Shown: positions 1-10,625 of the stretch, piece after piece | Numbering within the stretch: position 1 is the first letter of the stretch | Layout of the letters: the number at the start of each line of letters is the position of its first letter | Virus record (IMG/VR): IMGVR_UViG_3300033463_000005 | Span: 64,001-128,000 of that record | DNA from: a virus | Lineage: Duplodnaviria; Caudoviricetes | Reading direction: 5' to 3' (one strand) | Length of the DNA stretch: 64,000 nt | Translations under genes and position numbers: made by a program | The notes under the pieces: generated by a model | Database searches by the model: none | Told to the model about the DNA's origin: nothing | What the model saw: the letters and a program-made list of their open reading frames with translations, nothing else

Positions 1-2311
1 TGGTATTGTTGGTAGTCCATATATTTCTAAAAATGATACTACCAAAAATCTTGTTCAAGCAACACAATCATCTGGATATGGATTTGGTATTGGTGAAATC
101 GCCGTATATCCATCTTCTTCAAGTACAACAGGTTCATCTGGTGGTGGTGGCGGTTGGTATGGTGGTTACACCACATCACCTGCATTGAGCATTAGTTATG
201 CATCATCACCCGGAAGTGGTGGTTCTGGATATGTGTTGACAAGTTCCTCGTATAAACCAGACGGTTATATTCCAAATTCTGATTTCTATATGACACATGC
301 ACTGACATTGGGTAATCGTGCAGAATCTGCATTTGTAAAGATTTATAAACTCGATGATGTTGCAAATTTGAATCATGATGATGTAATTGAATTTCCATCC
401 GTTGGACATTCTGAAACAATTGCATTGAATCCTGGCACATATACAATGAAATGTTGGGGTGCCGATGGTGGTGCATCTTATAATGTTACGGATGGTGGAC
501 GTGGTGGATACGCTGAAGGAAAAGTATTATTCCAAAATATTGAGAATCTTCAAATATCTACCGGTGGTTCTGGTATTGGTGATATGATGTCACAGATGTT
601 ACCATCATTCCCAGACATGTACTACAATGGTGGTGGTGTGTCATCAGACTATACATTATCTGCATCTGTCCATGGTGGTGGAGGCGGTGGCGCATCGGAT
701 GTACGTGTGATCACTTCGCTAGAACCAACTGAAATTTCCGATGTTCGTGTATTACCAGATACATTCCAAGCAATTGAATATATCGAATTCGATGGTCATC
801 AATATTATGATACTGGATTTTATGCGCAATATGATTGTTCTATGGAATCCGATATTATGATGACAGATGCTTCAATTGCAGTGGGCAATTCATGGTTAAC
901 AATCATGAGTGGCGGTAGAGCAAATGAAAACAATGAATTTGGAATGTATATCAATCCAAAATATAGTGGTACAACACGTTTTTCATTTCATTATAATAAT
1001 AGATATTCCGACAATGCTTGGGCATGGAGTAAAGATATTAAATACAATATCAAGATAACATATAATCGTGTAGTGTTTAATCATACATTTAGTGCAACAT
1101 TAGATGCTGTCACATCAAGTTCAAATAATAGTTCAGTGTGTATCGGTGTTCGAAATACAAATGCAAATCAAACAAAACAAATATATTTCATTGGTAAAAT
1201 CTATGAATGTAAAATTTGGAAAGGTGTTGAACTGGTTTTCTATGGAATTCCATGTATTGAAATTGAATCAGAAAAAATTGGTTATTATGATTTAATTTCA
1301 GAAACATTCATTGAGAATTCTGGAACAACTGATCCAGTTGCTGGTAATCCAACAGGTCAAACTGTATTTCCAATTGTTGATAAATTCGACAATGATGCAA
1401 CATTGAATGCACGATTGATTGTTGCTGGCGGTGGTGGAGGATGTGGAACTATACCAGGATTGGTAGGTGGAGCTGGCGGTGGATTAACTGGTGGATCTCC
1501 AGTTGGCGGTTCATATGGTTCCACGCCAGGACCTGGAACACAAACAGAATCTCCGCAAAGTGCATCTTATCCAATCATCAATGGTGGATTTGGTTATGGT
1601 GGAAATGCCGGATCAAATGCATCTGGATATGCCGGTGGTGCCGGTGGTGGAGGATGGTATGGTGGATCTGGAACATATCCTTCTACAAATAAGGCATCCG
1701 AAAAAGGTGGATGTGGCGGTTCTGGATTTGTATTATCCGAAACATCAATTGGAGATACTCCTGAAGGATATCTGTTGAATGAAAATTATTTCATGACAGA
1801 TGTTACATTGACACAAGGTGGAAATGATTTAACACGTGGATTGGCCAAGGTGGAAATTGTTGTAGATCAAATCTCCAAAGTCAAATTTCTATGTAAAGAT
1901 GAACAAGGTGTCAAACGATTCAATCCGGAATTAAACCGTTGGGTTTTCTTAGCTGGAACTGTTTCAGTGGAGTTGTTTGAAACGTATGGATCTCTATTAT
2001 TTGATACAGATGCTGGATTATTAGATGATTATGAAATTCTAATGTATGATCCAGATGATAGTGTTGAAAGTATGGACTTTGACGTTGTTCCACCAGCACA
2101 GCATATCGTGTGTGATGATTTGACAAAGATATTGATCGATCGTATTGTATCAGATACAGATTATGATCCATCATTGTATGATGTGGAATTTACGGTTACA
2201 CGTGAACCGCGCGGTGCAATGACAAAGGTCCATACCGATTTGATGATCAATAAGAAACAAGCAACCGAGAAAACACCAAAGGTTTATTCGGTATCGTTCT
2301 TTACCAAATAA
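1..2311 (+). CDS. Glycine-rich tail/baseplate protein with inserted LamG/ConA-like domain (5' partial)
   Basis: Frame is open from position 2 (GIVGSPY...GGGGGWYGG), so the TTG at 185 is not the true start. Gly-rich motifs MKCWGADGG, GGRGGYAEG, GGGGGASDVR, RLIVAGGGGG, GGGGWYGG, GGSGFV; insert begins IEYIEFDGHQYYDTG. Confidence 0.7.
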   Translation, partial: GIVGSPYISKNDTTKNLVQATQSSGYGFGIGEIAVYPSSSSTTGSSGGGGGWYGGYTTSPALSISYASSPGSGGSGYVLTSSSYKPDGYIPNSDFYMTHALTLGNRAESAFVKIYKLDDVANLNHDDVIEFPSVGHSETIALNPGTYTMKCWGADGGASYNVTDGGRGGYAEGKVLFQNIENLQISTGGSGIGDMMSQMLPSFPDMYYNGGGVSSDYTLSASVHGGGGGGASDVRVITSLEPTEISDVRVLPDTFQAIEYIEFDGHQYYDTGFYAQYDCSMESDIMMTDASIAVGNSWLTIMSGGRANENNEFGMYINPKYSGTTRFSFHYNNRYSDNAWAWSKDIKYNIKITYNRVVFNHTFSATLDAVTSSSNNSSVCIGVRNTNANQTKQIYFIGKIYECKIWKGVELVFYGIPCIEIESEKIGYYDLISETFIENSGTTDPVAGNPTGQTVFPIVDKFDNDATLNARLIVAGGGGGCGTIPGLVGGAGGGLTGGSPVGGSYGSTPGPGTQTESPQSASYPIINGGFGYGGNAGSNASGYAGGAGGGGWYGGSGTYPSTNKASEKGGCGGSGFVLSETSIGDTPEGYLLNENYFMTDVTLTQGGNDLTRGLAKVEIVVDQISKVKFLCKDEQGVKRFNPELNRWVFLAGTVSVELFETYGSLLFDTDAGLLDDYEILMYDPDDSVESMDFDVVPPAQHIVCDDLTKILIDRIVSDTDYDPSLYDVEFTVTREPRGAMTKVHTDLMINKKQATEKTPKVYSVSFFTK

Positions 2312-2330
2312 TGAAAGTAGAGGTGAAACC

Positions 2331-3905
2331 ATGAGTTTACATCTCATACCGGTGAAAACGGGAAGCGAACAGTTTCCCGTTTTCTACCAAAACTATTTAC
2401 CCAGTGCAGATAATTCATTAACATATGCAACTACGGTTGCACATAAGACACTATATACCGCCAGTGTACTACGTGCCAGTATTCTCACAGAACAACCAAT
2501 CTTGACTGAAGGAAGTATTAATGGTACAAGTGGACAAGATATTGTGGTGACAGATGATACGCGTTATCGAACAGATTATATTCCATTGAATGCCGGTTCA
2601 TATCGCTTATCATGGATATTCCGTGCGGGTGCATCCGGTTCATCAGCATGGGTATTTAAATATGATTCAAATCATAATTTCATTGAGCGTGTTGGTAACA
2701 GTGGTTCTACCATGACATTCACAACATCTGTCAACGGATATATTCGAATTGTGTGGTATTATAATGGTTCTGCATTCTATTCATCCGATATTCATGATAT
2801 TACATTGACAAATTCCGCAACAAATGGCACAAGTTGTTATGTATATGCATTGAATTTATTGACATGGAATCGTCGATTGATGGGTATCATTCCATATACA
2901 CAAATTGATTCTCGTTCAATTGGATCCATTCTTGTAGATGATAATTTTGTATATTTGTCATCGATATCCAATGCAACAAAGATTTACAAATTCAAATTAT
3001 CTGATTTGAGTTTTGTAGAATCATATACATATGCAGCATCAACTGGTCCAAATGCATATGGAAAAATGCAATGGGTAAATGATCATACAATCTGTATGGC
3101 ATATGTAAATGGATTTATCTTTTTTGACACATCGACAAATCAATTCACATATGCAGATTCCGGAGCATCATATGCAATTCAAGATTTTGCAGTTGGTACG
3201 AATTGTATTGTAGGTTGCCGAAATTCAACCGGTTCAAATTGTATCATGATATATGATATGACATTACAGACATTTTCATATTTATCACCGACATCAACAA
3301 ATCAATGTGTTGTATGTTATGATTCTGGAAAATTCTATATTGCAAATGCTGCATATTTGTATATCATGGACGAATCAACTGAATTGATTGATCGAACATT
3401 GGTTATGTCATGGACACGTCCAAGAAACATTTGCATTACCAATCAAACTGTATTTGTTGCATGCACATCTAGTGAGCGTTTGTTCATATATGATATTGAA
3501 CACGAGGTACATTCATCCACATATTTACAGTGGACGGTGAGTGATTTTGCTTCTTCATATACCGATGTCCCGTCGTCATTCAATGGATGGTACTTTTATC
3601 AAAAACAAACATTGTTGATGTTGCATGATCCTGGTTATTCCAAATATAACTTTGGACCAAAGATGGATTCACTCGGAATCATGTATAATCTCAGCACAGC
3701 AAATCATTTCACATATGATCATTCATGTATTGAATTTCATGATACATATGTGACGATACATGATAAAACAATTACCAAATCAGCAGCTGAATATGATTCA
3801 GAAAATCACATCAAACGTATTATTATGAATAAATCGGAATACAATGTCATGAAGAAATCCAAAATCAATTATCATCAAGAGGAAGGAGATGATAACCATG
3901 AATGA
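2331..3905 (+). CDS. Tail/baseplate-associated beta-propeller-like protein with a small carbohydrate-binding-like insert
   Basis: RBS GAGGTGA; S/T/Y/N-rich beta-type sequence; segment RYRTDYIPLNAGSYRLSW...TFTTSVNGYIRIVW resembles CBM-like modules of phage fibres. Confidence 0.5.
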   Translation: MSLHLIPVKTGSEQFPVFYQNYLPSADNSLTYATTVAHKTLYTASVLRASILTEQPILTEGSINGTSGQDIVVTDDTRYRTDYIPLNAGSYRLSWIFRAGASGSSAWVFKYDSNHNFIERVGNSGSTMTFTTSVNGYIRIVWYYNGSAFYSSDIHDITLTNSATNGTSCYVYALNLLTWNRRLMGIIPYTQIDSRSIGSILVDDNFVYLSSISNATKIYKFKLSDLSFVESYTYAASTGPNAYGKMQWVNDHTICMAYVNGFIFFDTSTNQFTYADSGASYAIQDFAVGTNCIVGCRNSTGSNCIMIYDMTLQTFSYLSPTSTNQCVVCYDSGKFYIANAAYLYIMDESTELIDRTLVMSWTRPRNICITNQTVFVACTSSERLFIYDIEHEVHSSTYLQWTVSDFASSYTDVPSSFNGWYFYQKQTLLMLHDPGYSKYNFGPKMDSLGIMYNLSTANHFTYDHSCIEFHDTYVTIHDKTITKSAAEYDSENHIKRIIMNKSEYNVMKKSKINYHQEEGDDNHE

Positions 3906-6507
3906 AGTTGATCTGAAATATCAACGTGCGATGGACTTTGCAAAAAATTACCAAGCAAACCATCATGCACTTGGAATGTCAAATGTATATGTTTTGCAAA
4001 CTGTTGATGAGGCAGGGAATGTCACAGGTGAATATTATGGTATGAATGCATTTACCGATTATGGTATGACAACATATTTTAATTCTGGAAATCCGAGTTT
4101 TGCAACGAATGTTTACATTGGAAATGGTGTTGGAACTATCACAGTTGCATCCAATGCATTATTTGCTGCTGTAACATCCAATCCCGCAACGGTATCAAAT
4201 TCTACAAAGAATTATGCATATCCATTATATTATGCACGTGAGACAGGTTTGATTACATGTACATGTCAATTCCTTGTTGCATATTTTGATTATAATGTAA
4301 ATTCATCACCATGGACGATTTCAGAATATGGAATTGGCACAGGTATCAATGCATTATGGACACATTCATGGGTATATGATAATTTGGGCAGAACGGTTAC
4401 AATTACCAAATTGCCCAATGAAAGATTGTATATCACCGTGTACATGTGTTTATCATACAATGAACAACTGATCAATGATGCATGGACACAACACAAACAT
4501 ATTGTGATTACAACCATGCAACGATTCTTTGATCATATGGATGTCAATACATCATCTGGTGTAAAAACATTTAAACGATATAATGCAACATATAACCGCG
4601 CATCAACAAGAACCCGTTCGTCATTTGACCAAACGAATCATGCATTCACGAATTATCAAAATTTAACTGAATTTACATTCTCAACAGGAACAACAGATGA
4701 AGTTGGATATATGGATGGTATTGCAGAATATACAACCGGTTTCTTAATGTTGGAACGGGAGACAAATCCAACTGCAGAAAATATTTCTACAGTATTATCT
4801 CCATATACGAGCAAGATTACCGAAAACGATGCATTTGCATATAATTTCGGTGATAAGAATCGGCAACCATTTACGCAAGTAGATATTTCAAAATCATATA
4901 CATTTGACCATCTAACTGGTCAATATGATTCTGAAGAAACATTCACACAAACGGCAAATAAATGGTATACCGAAACACCGATGTCAACTGCATTTGCAAT
5001 GCCAATTTACCATACAACAAACAATACGGTTCAAACAATGTATGTGTATCAAAACTTGCAAACGGATGATCCAATTCTTGCAATTCGTGGTAATCATACA
5101 ACGGTATACGCAACCGACAAATATTGGGATACCACAGCATGGACATTCATATCCAATCTGACCGATATTCCTGTATCAGAACGAAATCGAAAGTATTGGA
5201 TTTCAGGATCGAATGTAGATAATTTGGATCCATTACGTGGAAACCCGCCATACAAAGTTGGACCTGAAGATGGTCGTGTATTAGGATTTACCCAATCATT
5301 CAATTCTGGTATTCGAGATGCATGTGCATCGAAAAATGGAAATTACTTTGTCATCGATAATTATGTATTTGACATGACAAGATTATCCCGTGTTACAATT
5401 GATTCCACAACAGGATTGGCCTATACACGTTCTTATGTTATGGATGATAATGATGTAAAAATCATTTATACGATTCATTCAAATGGAACACAATATGTCG
5501 TGACAACATATGATTCTGTATTGCAACAATGGAACACGACAAATCAAACGACACCATCAAGTGGATTGGTCACAAATCTGTGGAATTGTTATATGACACA
5601 TAATATCGCTCCTACATCCGGAGATGCATGTTTGTGTTCAATAGGCACATCTGGTGTTGCTGGCGATGATAATATTTTTGAAATGGTCATTGGTGATGGC
5701 ACCACATCCTATTTCAAAAAGAATTGTGTGACTGGTTGTGTTGTACATGGAACAGAAAATCATATTGCATTGATTATGTCAGCAACAGATCATGTGATTG
5801 ATTATTATTCCGATTTGTCATCATCACCAATCAAACAGTTCACAATTCCATCCGGGGCCGCAACCCCGAAATGGATATGTGGATATGAGAAATGGTTGTA
5901 TGTGACAGATGGTGCAACGTACATGTATGTGATTGATACTGTCAATGAAACTGTCAATGCATGTGACGCATATATTCCATGGAATTCGAATTTTTATAAG
6001 ATTCGATTTACTGCAACGGATGATTGCATGATTGCATATCGATATGATGATACCCATATGCAATATGGATATTTGATGCGTGCTGATAATCCAACACATA
6101 TTGTGACAATGTCTGCAATGGATTCAGGAGTATCTTCAAAATCGACTGGTTGTTCATATGAGCTATATAAACACAATGGGACGGATATTCTATTATATCA
6201 AATCGGATATTCTTCTAATTATTCTACGATACCATATGTGTTTGATTTTTCACATTGGATGTATGATGGAACAATTCAAAAGATTACATTGGATACTTCA
6301 TCAACCAGATGTGTGTTGATTGGTTCATTGTTGGGTCGTCAAAATACATTGTCAAAGATTGTGAATTATATTCCACATAAAATTACTGGTACAACCAACA
6401 CGATTACAGCAATTAACAACATCAAGAATATCCGTGGAAAACAATGGAGTATCACATACACGAATACACCATCATTCAATGGATTACCACCTGGCGTATT
6501 ACAATGA
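3898..6507 (+). CDS. Tail-tip/receptor-binding structural protein (paralog of 7066..10575)
   Basis: RBS GGAAGGAG favours ATG 3898; shares MNAFTDYG, TITKLPNERL, VYATDKYWDTTAWT and PHKITGTT with the downstream paralog. Confidence 0.55.
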   Translation: MNEVDLKYQRAMDFAKNYQANHHALGMSNVYVLQTVDEAGNVTGEYYGMNAFTDYGMTTYFNSGNPSFATNVYIGNGVGTITVASNALFAAVTSNPATVSNSTKNYAYPLYYARETGLITCTCQFLVAYFDYNVNSSPWTISEYGIGTGINALWTHSWVYDNLGRTVTITKLPNERLYITVYMCLSYNEQLINDAWTQHKHIVITTMQRFFDHMDVNTSSGVKTFKRYNATYNRASTRTRSSFDQTNHAFTNYQNLTEFTFSTGTTDEVGYMDGIAEYTTGFLMLERETNPTAENISTVLSPYTSKITENDAFAYNFGDKNRQPFTQVDISKSYTFDHLTGQYDSEETFTQTANKWYTETPMSTAFAMPIYHTTNNTVQTMYVYQNLQTDDPILAIRGNHTTVYATDKYWDTTAWTFISNLTDIPVSERNRKYWISGSNVDNLDPLRGNPPYKVGPEDGRVLGFTQSFNSGIRDACASKNGNYFVIDNYVFDMTRLSRVTIDSTTGLAYTRSYVMDDNDVKIIYTIHSNGTQYVVTTYDSVLQQWNTTNQTTPSSGLVTNLWNCYMTHNIAPTSGDACLCSIGTSGVAGDDNIFEMVIGDGTTSYFKKNCVTGCVVHGTENHIALIMSATDHVIDYYSDLSSSPIKQFTIPSGAATPKWICGYEKWLYVTDGATYMYVIDTVNETVNACDAYIPWNSNFYKIRFTATDDCMIAYRYDDTHMQYGYLMRADNPTHIVTMSAMDSGVSSKSTGCSYELYKHNGTDILLYQIGYSSNYSTIPYVFDFSHWMYDGTIQKITLDTSSTRCVLIGSLLGRQNTLSKIVNYIPHKITGTTNTITAINNIKNIRGKQWSITYTNTPSFNGLPPGVLQ

Positions 6508-6522
6508 TTGGGGTGTTGATAT

Positions 6523-7059
6523 ATGGCTGACTATTACAGAAGTAAAGAAGTTTATAAACAACATCACAATTTAGAACATGAGTCCACGATCATTCCTGTT
6601 CGTGGACTCTATGTGTCTGGTACACACCTTGAAGCTGTGTATGAAGACCATGTTATTACTGTGACTGGATTCACATCTTCGCCATTGGAATTCTATGATT
6701 ATACAACAAAGACCATCAATATGCAAACAGAATCTGCATATAGAATATTGGATGTATTCTGTGCAGATGACGGTGTTACAATGGTGGATTATACACAAAG
6801 ATCTCAAAATCTACAAACAGAATCAGCATATAGAATATTGGATGTATTCTGTGTAGATGATGGTGTCACGTTGGTTGATTTTGAATCTAAAACAATCAAT
6901 CTACAAACAGAATCAGCATATAGGATACTGGATGTATTCTGTGTAGATGATGGTGTTACAATGGTGGATTACATTCAAACAAATCAATCATTTGGTCGGG
7001 AATCCGTTGTCACAGTATTAGATTTTACATCCAATGATTTAACGATTTCAGAGGGGTGA
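6523..7059 (+). CDS. Small structural protein with three 30-aa repeats
   Basis: QTESAYRILDVFCxDDGVTxVD repeated three times; lies in the tail gene operon. Confidence 0.6.
   Translation: MADYYRSKEVYKQHHNLEHESTIIPVRGLYVSGTHLEAVYEDHVITVTGFTSSPLEFYDYTTKTINMQTESAYRILDVFCADDGVTMVDYTQRSQNLQTESAYRILDVFCVDDGVTLVDFESKTINLQTESAYRILDVFCVDDGVTMVDYIQTNQSFGRESVVTVLDFTSNDLTISEG
6721..6975 (+). repeat. In-frame tandem repeat, 90-bp period, about 3 copies
   Basis: Units start at 6721, 6811 and 6901 (caaacagaatcNgcatatagRataYtggatgtattctgtg...). Confidence 0.95.
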
Positions 7060-7065
7060 TGATAT

Positions 7066-10000
7066 ATGTACGAAAATACGCAATCTAACATGTTGCCAGA
7101 AGAATTGTCTCAATTTATTCATACTATAAATCAGAAGCATGAAAAAAATGAGATGTCTGCTGACTTAAGAAATATCTTCATGTTTCAAACAGAAGATATG
7201 GATGGAAATATTACAGATACAAAATTTGCAATGAATCTCATGACAGATGTCGGAACAATTTCCACAACATCAATTGGCGGTCAATTTCGTCTGTGTTATG
7301 CTGAAAATTATGTGCCTGCATATGATAAGGCGTATATTCAATCAACTGGTGATGATACTGGTTGGTTGGATATGAGCAATGCTTATACGTATTATCCAAT
7401 GACATTTGATTCAGAAACTGGCATGATTTCACAACGATATCGCGATTTTTCTTATACATGGGATTATAATATATCCGGATGGACTGCAGATAAAACTTTT
7501 AATATCATTGCATTGCGATGGTTGAGCGAAACTTTTAACAGTATTGGTGCAATTGCAAATATTGTCGATTCACACGGTGACCCATCAACAATTACAAAGA
7601 AATTAAATGAACGATTAACAGTATATAGCTTTCGTTCTACATCTATGCATGAAAGTGTGATTACACGTGCTTGGAATGATGGTGTATATCTCGCTATAAC
7701 ACCAAATAACTGTGTGATATCATATAACCATCGTGATTATCCATTACGTGGTATCAACTTTCAATTACAAAATGGAATCACAGATCAAAGTACATATTAT
7801 TACAATAATGGATCAGGTGATAATTATAAAACACCAACAAATTATCATCGTTTTTATTATCCAATATCGTGTTATGATAATCATACACCATATCCAATTA
7901 ATTCAAATTTACATAGTAATTATGAAATTAACCTAAGTGACAATCTCACTATAGAGGATCATCGATTATTTTGGTCCCAAGCATCGTGGTATAATAATGG
8001 TGATATAGATGAGAATATGTCTGCGTTTTATTTTATACACATGAATACAGCTGATGAAATTACAACAAATAATCGATTGAATTTGGTTTATACGGATTCT
8101 GATACAACTGGAACAATTGGAAATGCTTTCGGTAAATATGCAGTTGACACAACATATCAAAGAGGCGTTGTGCCAGTGACGGATTTCAATATGACCGATT
8201 CTAAAATGTTTAATTATCAAACGAAATCATGGGATATTCAAGATACATTTGTGAATAAACCAGATGCATGGTATGATGAAACATTGATTGGTTGGTGTAA
8301 ATCATTATGGATAACAGATCCAGATAATATATCAGAGTATTATTATGTGTATATTAATGCACGCCCAGACATTCCAATTACAAAACTAAATTATGATTCA
8401 CGTGCAAAAGTATATCTTGCCGATAAATATTGGGATACTTCAACATGGACACGTATTGTGAGCGGTACGATTCCCGCAGAATTACAATCAAAAAAATATT
8501 ATATCACAAATAATTATGGATATACTCCATATCCTGTTACACGTCAACAAGATGTTCATTCTATTACACCGTCTCATGCAAGATATAAAATTGCATCCAC
8601 ACCAGAATTTCCACAAAATACATCCAACACAGATTGGATACGGGTGAAACCAATTGCATCTGATACGTACAAATTCATTTTATCATATAAACATTTAATG
8701 TTTATTGATAATGGAGCTTGTGACGCATCATTTGAGTTAGTTGGTGATTCAGATAATCGTGAAATTGATGCTTACCAATTTAGATATCTATTTGGATCAA
8801 ATCTGCTTGTTGCACCACAACAGAATCCACACTTAGCTCAAAATAATGATTGTGGTGGTATTCCATATAATGTTCGTGTATATGACGTTTCAAACTATGG
8901 TGTTCAACCCACATATACGGATTTGACCATTCCAACTGATGTGTGTGATCAGCTTAAAAAGGGATACTATAGCAAATCAGAAAATGGATACATTGGTATG
9001 TGGGAGAGTGGTAATAACAAAGCAGCATTGATTGATATGAATCAATTTGCAATTGATCCTACAACATGTGTGAAACAATTTGACGATGTATTGTATTTTC
9101 ATGTTCAAGAATTCACCAATTATGCAATTTATTTCGTTGCCGGATCATCTCCTGCAAGATTGGTTGTTTACGATCTTTCAACAGATTCCGTTCTTCAAAC
9201 TTGTGATTATAATGGAGAATATGGTAATCAAATTTGGGGTATAATTGGTGCCAGTGATTATGTGTATATTCGCATATATTCAACCACTGATTCAGAATGG
9301 AGAACATTGTTGTATCGCATTTCAACAAATTCATATGAGTGGATGCTTAACAATGATTTGTATTTCCGTCAAAAATATAACGAAACAATTTATGACAATA
9401 ATAATGATAAATTGCGTCATGATGTTACAGCATTAAGTATTGTCTACCATCAGGATGGATTTGTATTAACACATGATACGTTATATAATAATAGTAGTGG
9501 GGGATATCCCGGCGGTACAAATAGTGAAATACAATACGTAACATTTGATACACCGACAACAGTTCGTAAATTGTTCTATAGTTCTCAGACATATGTTCCT
9601 GGTCGAAACACTTCACCTGGAAATACCTCAGCCGGTGGCGGACCAGAATCGTGGTATTTTTATAATGAAAATGGCACTTTTGTTTCAGGTGCACAAATTG
9701 TCGAAACACCAGCACATCAACTATTGTTGGTTGGAATATTTGGTGCATATCGCGAATATTACACATATATGACATCTTGTTACCGCCGTATCTGTTGTGC
9801 TGATTTGGGTTATGCATTTGCAAATAAATATACACTGAATCAATGTTATAATCATTTCCACAAATATGATTCCAAACTACAACCGGGTGATACAAGTTAT
9901 AATCGCAGCGGTGGCGCATGTTATTTTGATAATGGCATTGTATATATTGATGACGGTGGTGATTGTTATTGGAATCCACTTGAATACATGTTACCACATG

Positions 10001-10575
10001 CCATCACAGGTACAACCTACACAATTAATTTCTACAACAATCCACGAAAAATGTATGTAAATAATTTCCGCATTAATGCAACAATGACAAACCGTGGAAA
10101 TTTAATTGAAACACCAGAACGTGTGCCAGATGCAAATGGTTTGGTATGGTGTAATGGATCATATTGGAATGCATACTATTATAGTTCTAGGTATTATCTG
10201 AGAAAAGATTTGCTTTCAAAATGTATATGTCCCGATAAAATCATCAAGATCCAAGCAGGATCATCTATCACAGTATCATGGCAGCTTAAGAGTAATGTCA
10301 CCACACTTGCAGGAACAACACCGGCAATTCAGTATCAATCTGTGTTCTTTGATTGGACGACAGCCATGGATGATCCAGCATCTCATTATGTTAGCGACTT
10401 AATGATCACAAATTATACGAGTCAAACGAATAAATCTAGTGGCACAACAATTACAGCACCAGCATCATCAACAGGATATGTTGGATTTGCTTTATATCTA
10501 CAAACAACATCAGAATGTGTATTGTCATATGGATTGTTCGATTCTATCACAGTCACAATTACACCACCAGCATAA
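7066..10575 (+). CDS. Tail-tip/receptor-binding structural protein (paralog of 3898..6507, with extra C-terminal domain)
   Basis: MNLMTDVG, TITKKLNERL, VYLADKYWDTSTWT and PHAITGTT match the upstream paralog; about 160 extra C-terminal residues. Confidence 0.55.
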   Translation: MYENTQSNMLPEELSQFIHTINQKHEKNEMSADLRNIFMFQTEDMDGNITDTKFAMNLMTDVGTISTTSIGGQFRLCYAENYVPAYDKAYIQSTGDDTGWLDMSNAYTYYPMTFDSETGMISQRYRDFSYTWDYNISGWTADKTFNIIALRWLSETFNSIGAIANIVDSHGDPSTITKKLNERLTVYSFRSTSMHESVITRAWNDGVYLAITPNNCVISYNHRDYPLRGINFQLQNGITDQSTYYYNNGSGDNYKTPTNYHRFYYPISCYDNHTPYPINSNLHSNYEINLSDNLTIEDHRLFWSQASWYNNGDIDENMSAFYFIHMNTADEITTNNRLNLVYTDSDTTGTIGNAFGKYAVDTTYQRGVVPVTDFNMTDSKMFNYQTKSWDIQDTFVNKPDAWYDETLIGWCKSLWITDPDNISEYYYVYINARPDIPITKLNYDSRAKVYLADKYWDTSTWTRIVSGTIPAELQSKKYYITNNYGYTPYPVTRQQDVHSITPSHARYKIASTPEFPQNTSNTDWIRVKPIASDTYKFILSYKHLMFIDNGACDASFELVGDSDNREIDAYQFRYLFGSNLLVAPQQNPHLAQNNDCGGIPYNVRVYDVSNYGVQPTYTDLTIPTDVCDQLKKGYYSKSENGYIGMWESGNNKAALIDMNQFAIDPTTCVKQFDDVLYFHVQEFTNYAIYFVAGSSPARLVVYDLSTDSVLQTCDYNGEYGNQIWGIIGASDYVYIRIYSTTDSEWRTLLYRISTNSYEWMLNNDLYFRQKYNETIYDNNNDKLRHDVTALSIVYHQDGFVLTHDTLYNNSSGGYPGGTNSEIQYVTFDTPTTVRKLFYSSQTYVPGRNTSPGNTSAGGGPESWYFYNENGTFVSGAQIVETPAHQLLLVGIFGAYREYYTYMTSCYRRICCADLGYAFANKYTLNQCYNHFHKYDSKLQPGDTSYNRSGGACYFDNGIVYIDDGGDCYWNPLEYMLPHAITGTTYTINFYNNPRKMYVNNFRINATMTNRGNLIETPERVPDANGLVWCNGSYWNAYYYSSRYYLRKDLLSKCICPDKIIKIQAGSSITVSWQLKSNVTTLAGTTPAIQYQSVFFDWTTAMDDPASHYVSDLMITNYTSQTNKSSGTTITAPASSTGYVGFALYLQTTSECVLSYGLFDSITVTITPPA

Positions 10576-10588
10576 AAACAATGAAATG

Positions 10589-10616
10589 ATATGTGGGGGC
10601 AAATGCCCCCACATAT
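10589..10616. terminator. GC-rich hairpin between convergent genes (probable bidirectional terminator)
   Basis: atatgtgggggc-aaat-gcccccacatat. Confidence 0.7.
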
Positions 10617-10625
10617 TCATATTCA

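Noticed and set aside
6721-6975. CRISPR array
   Set aside because: Repeats are in-frame coding units with conserved translation and no unique spacers; no cas genes
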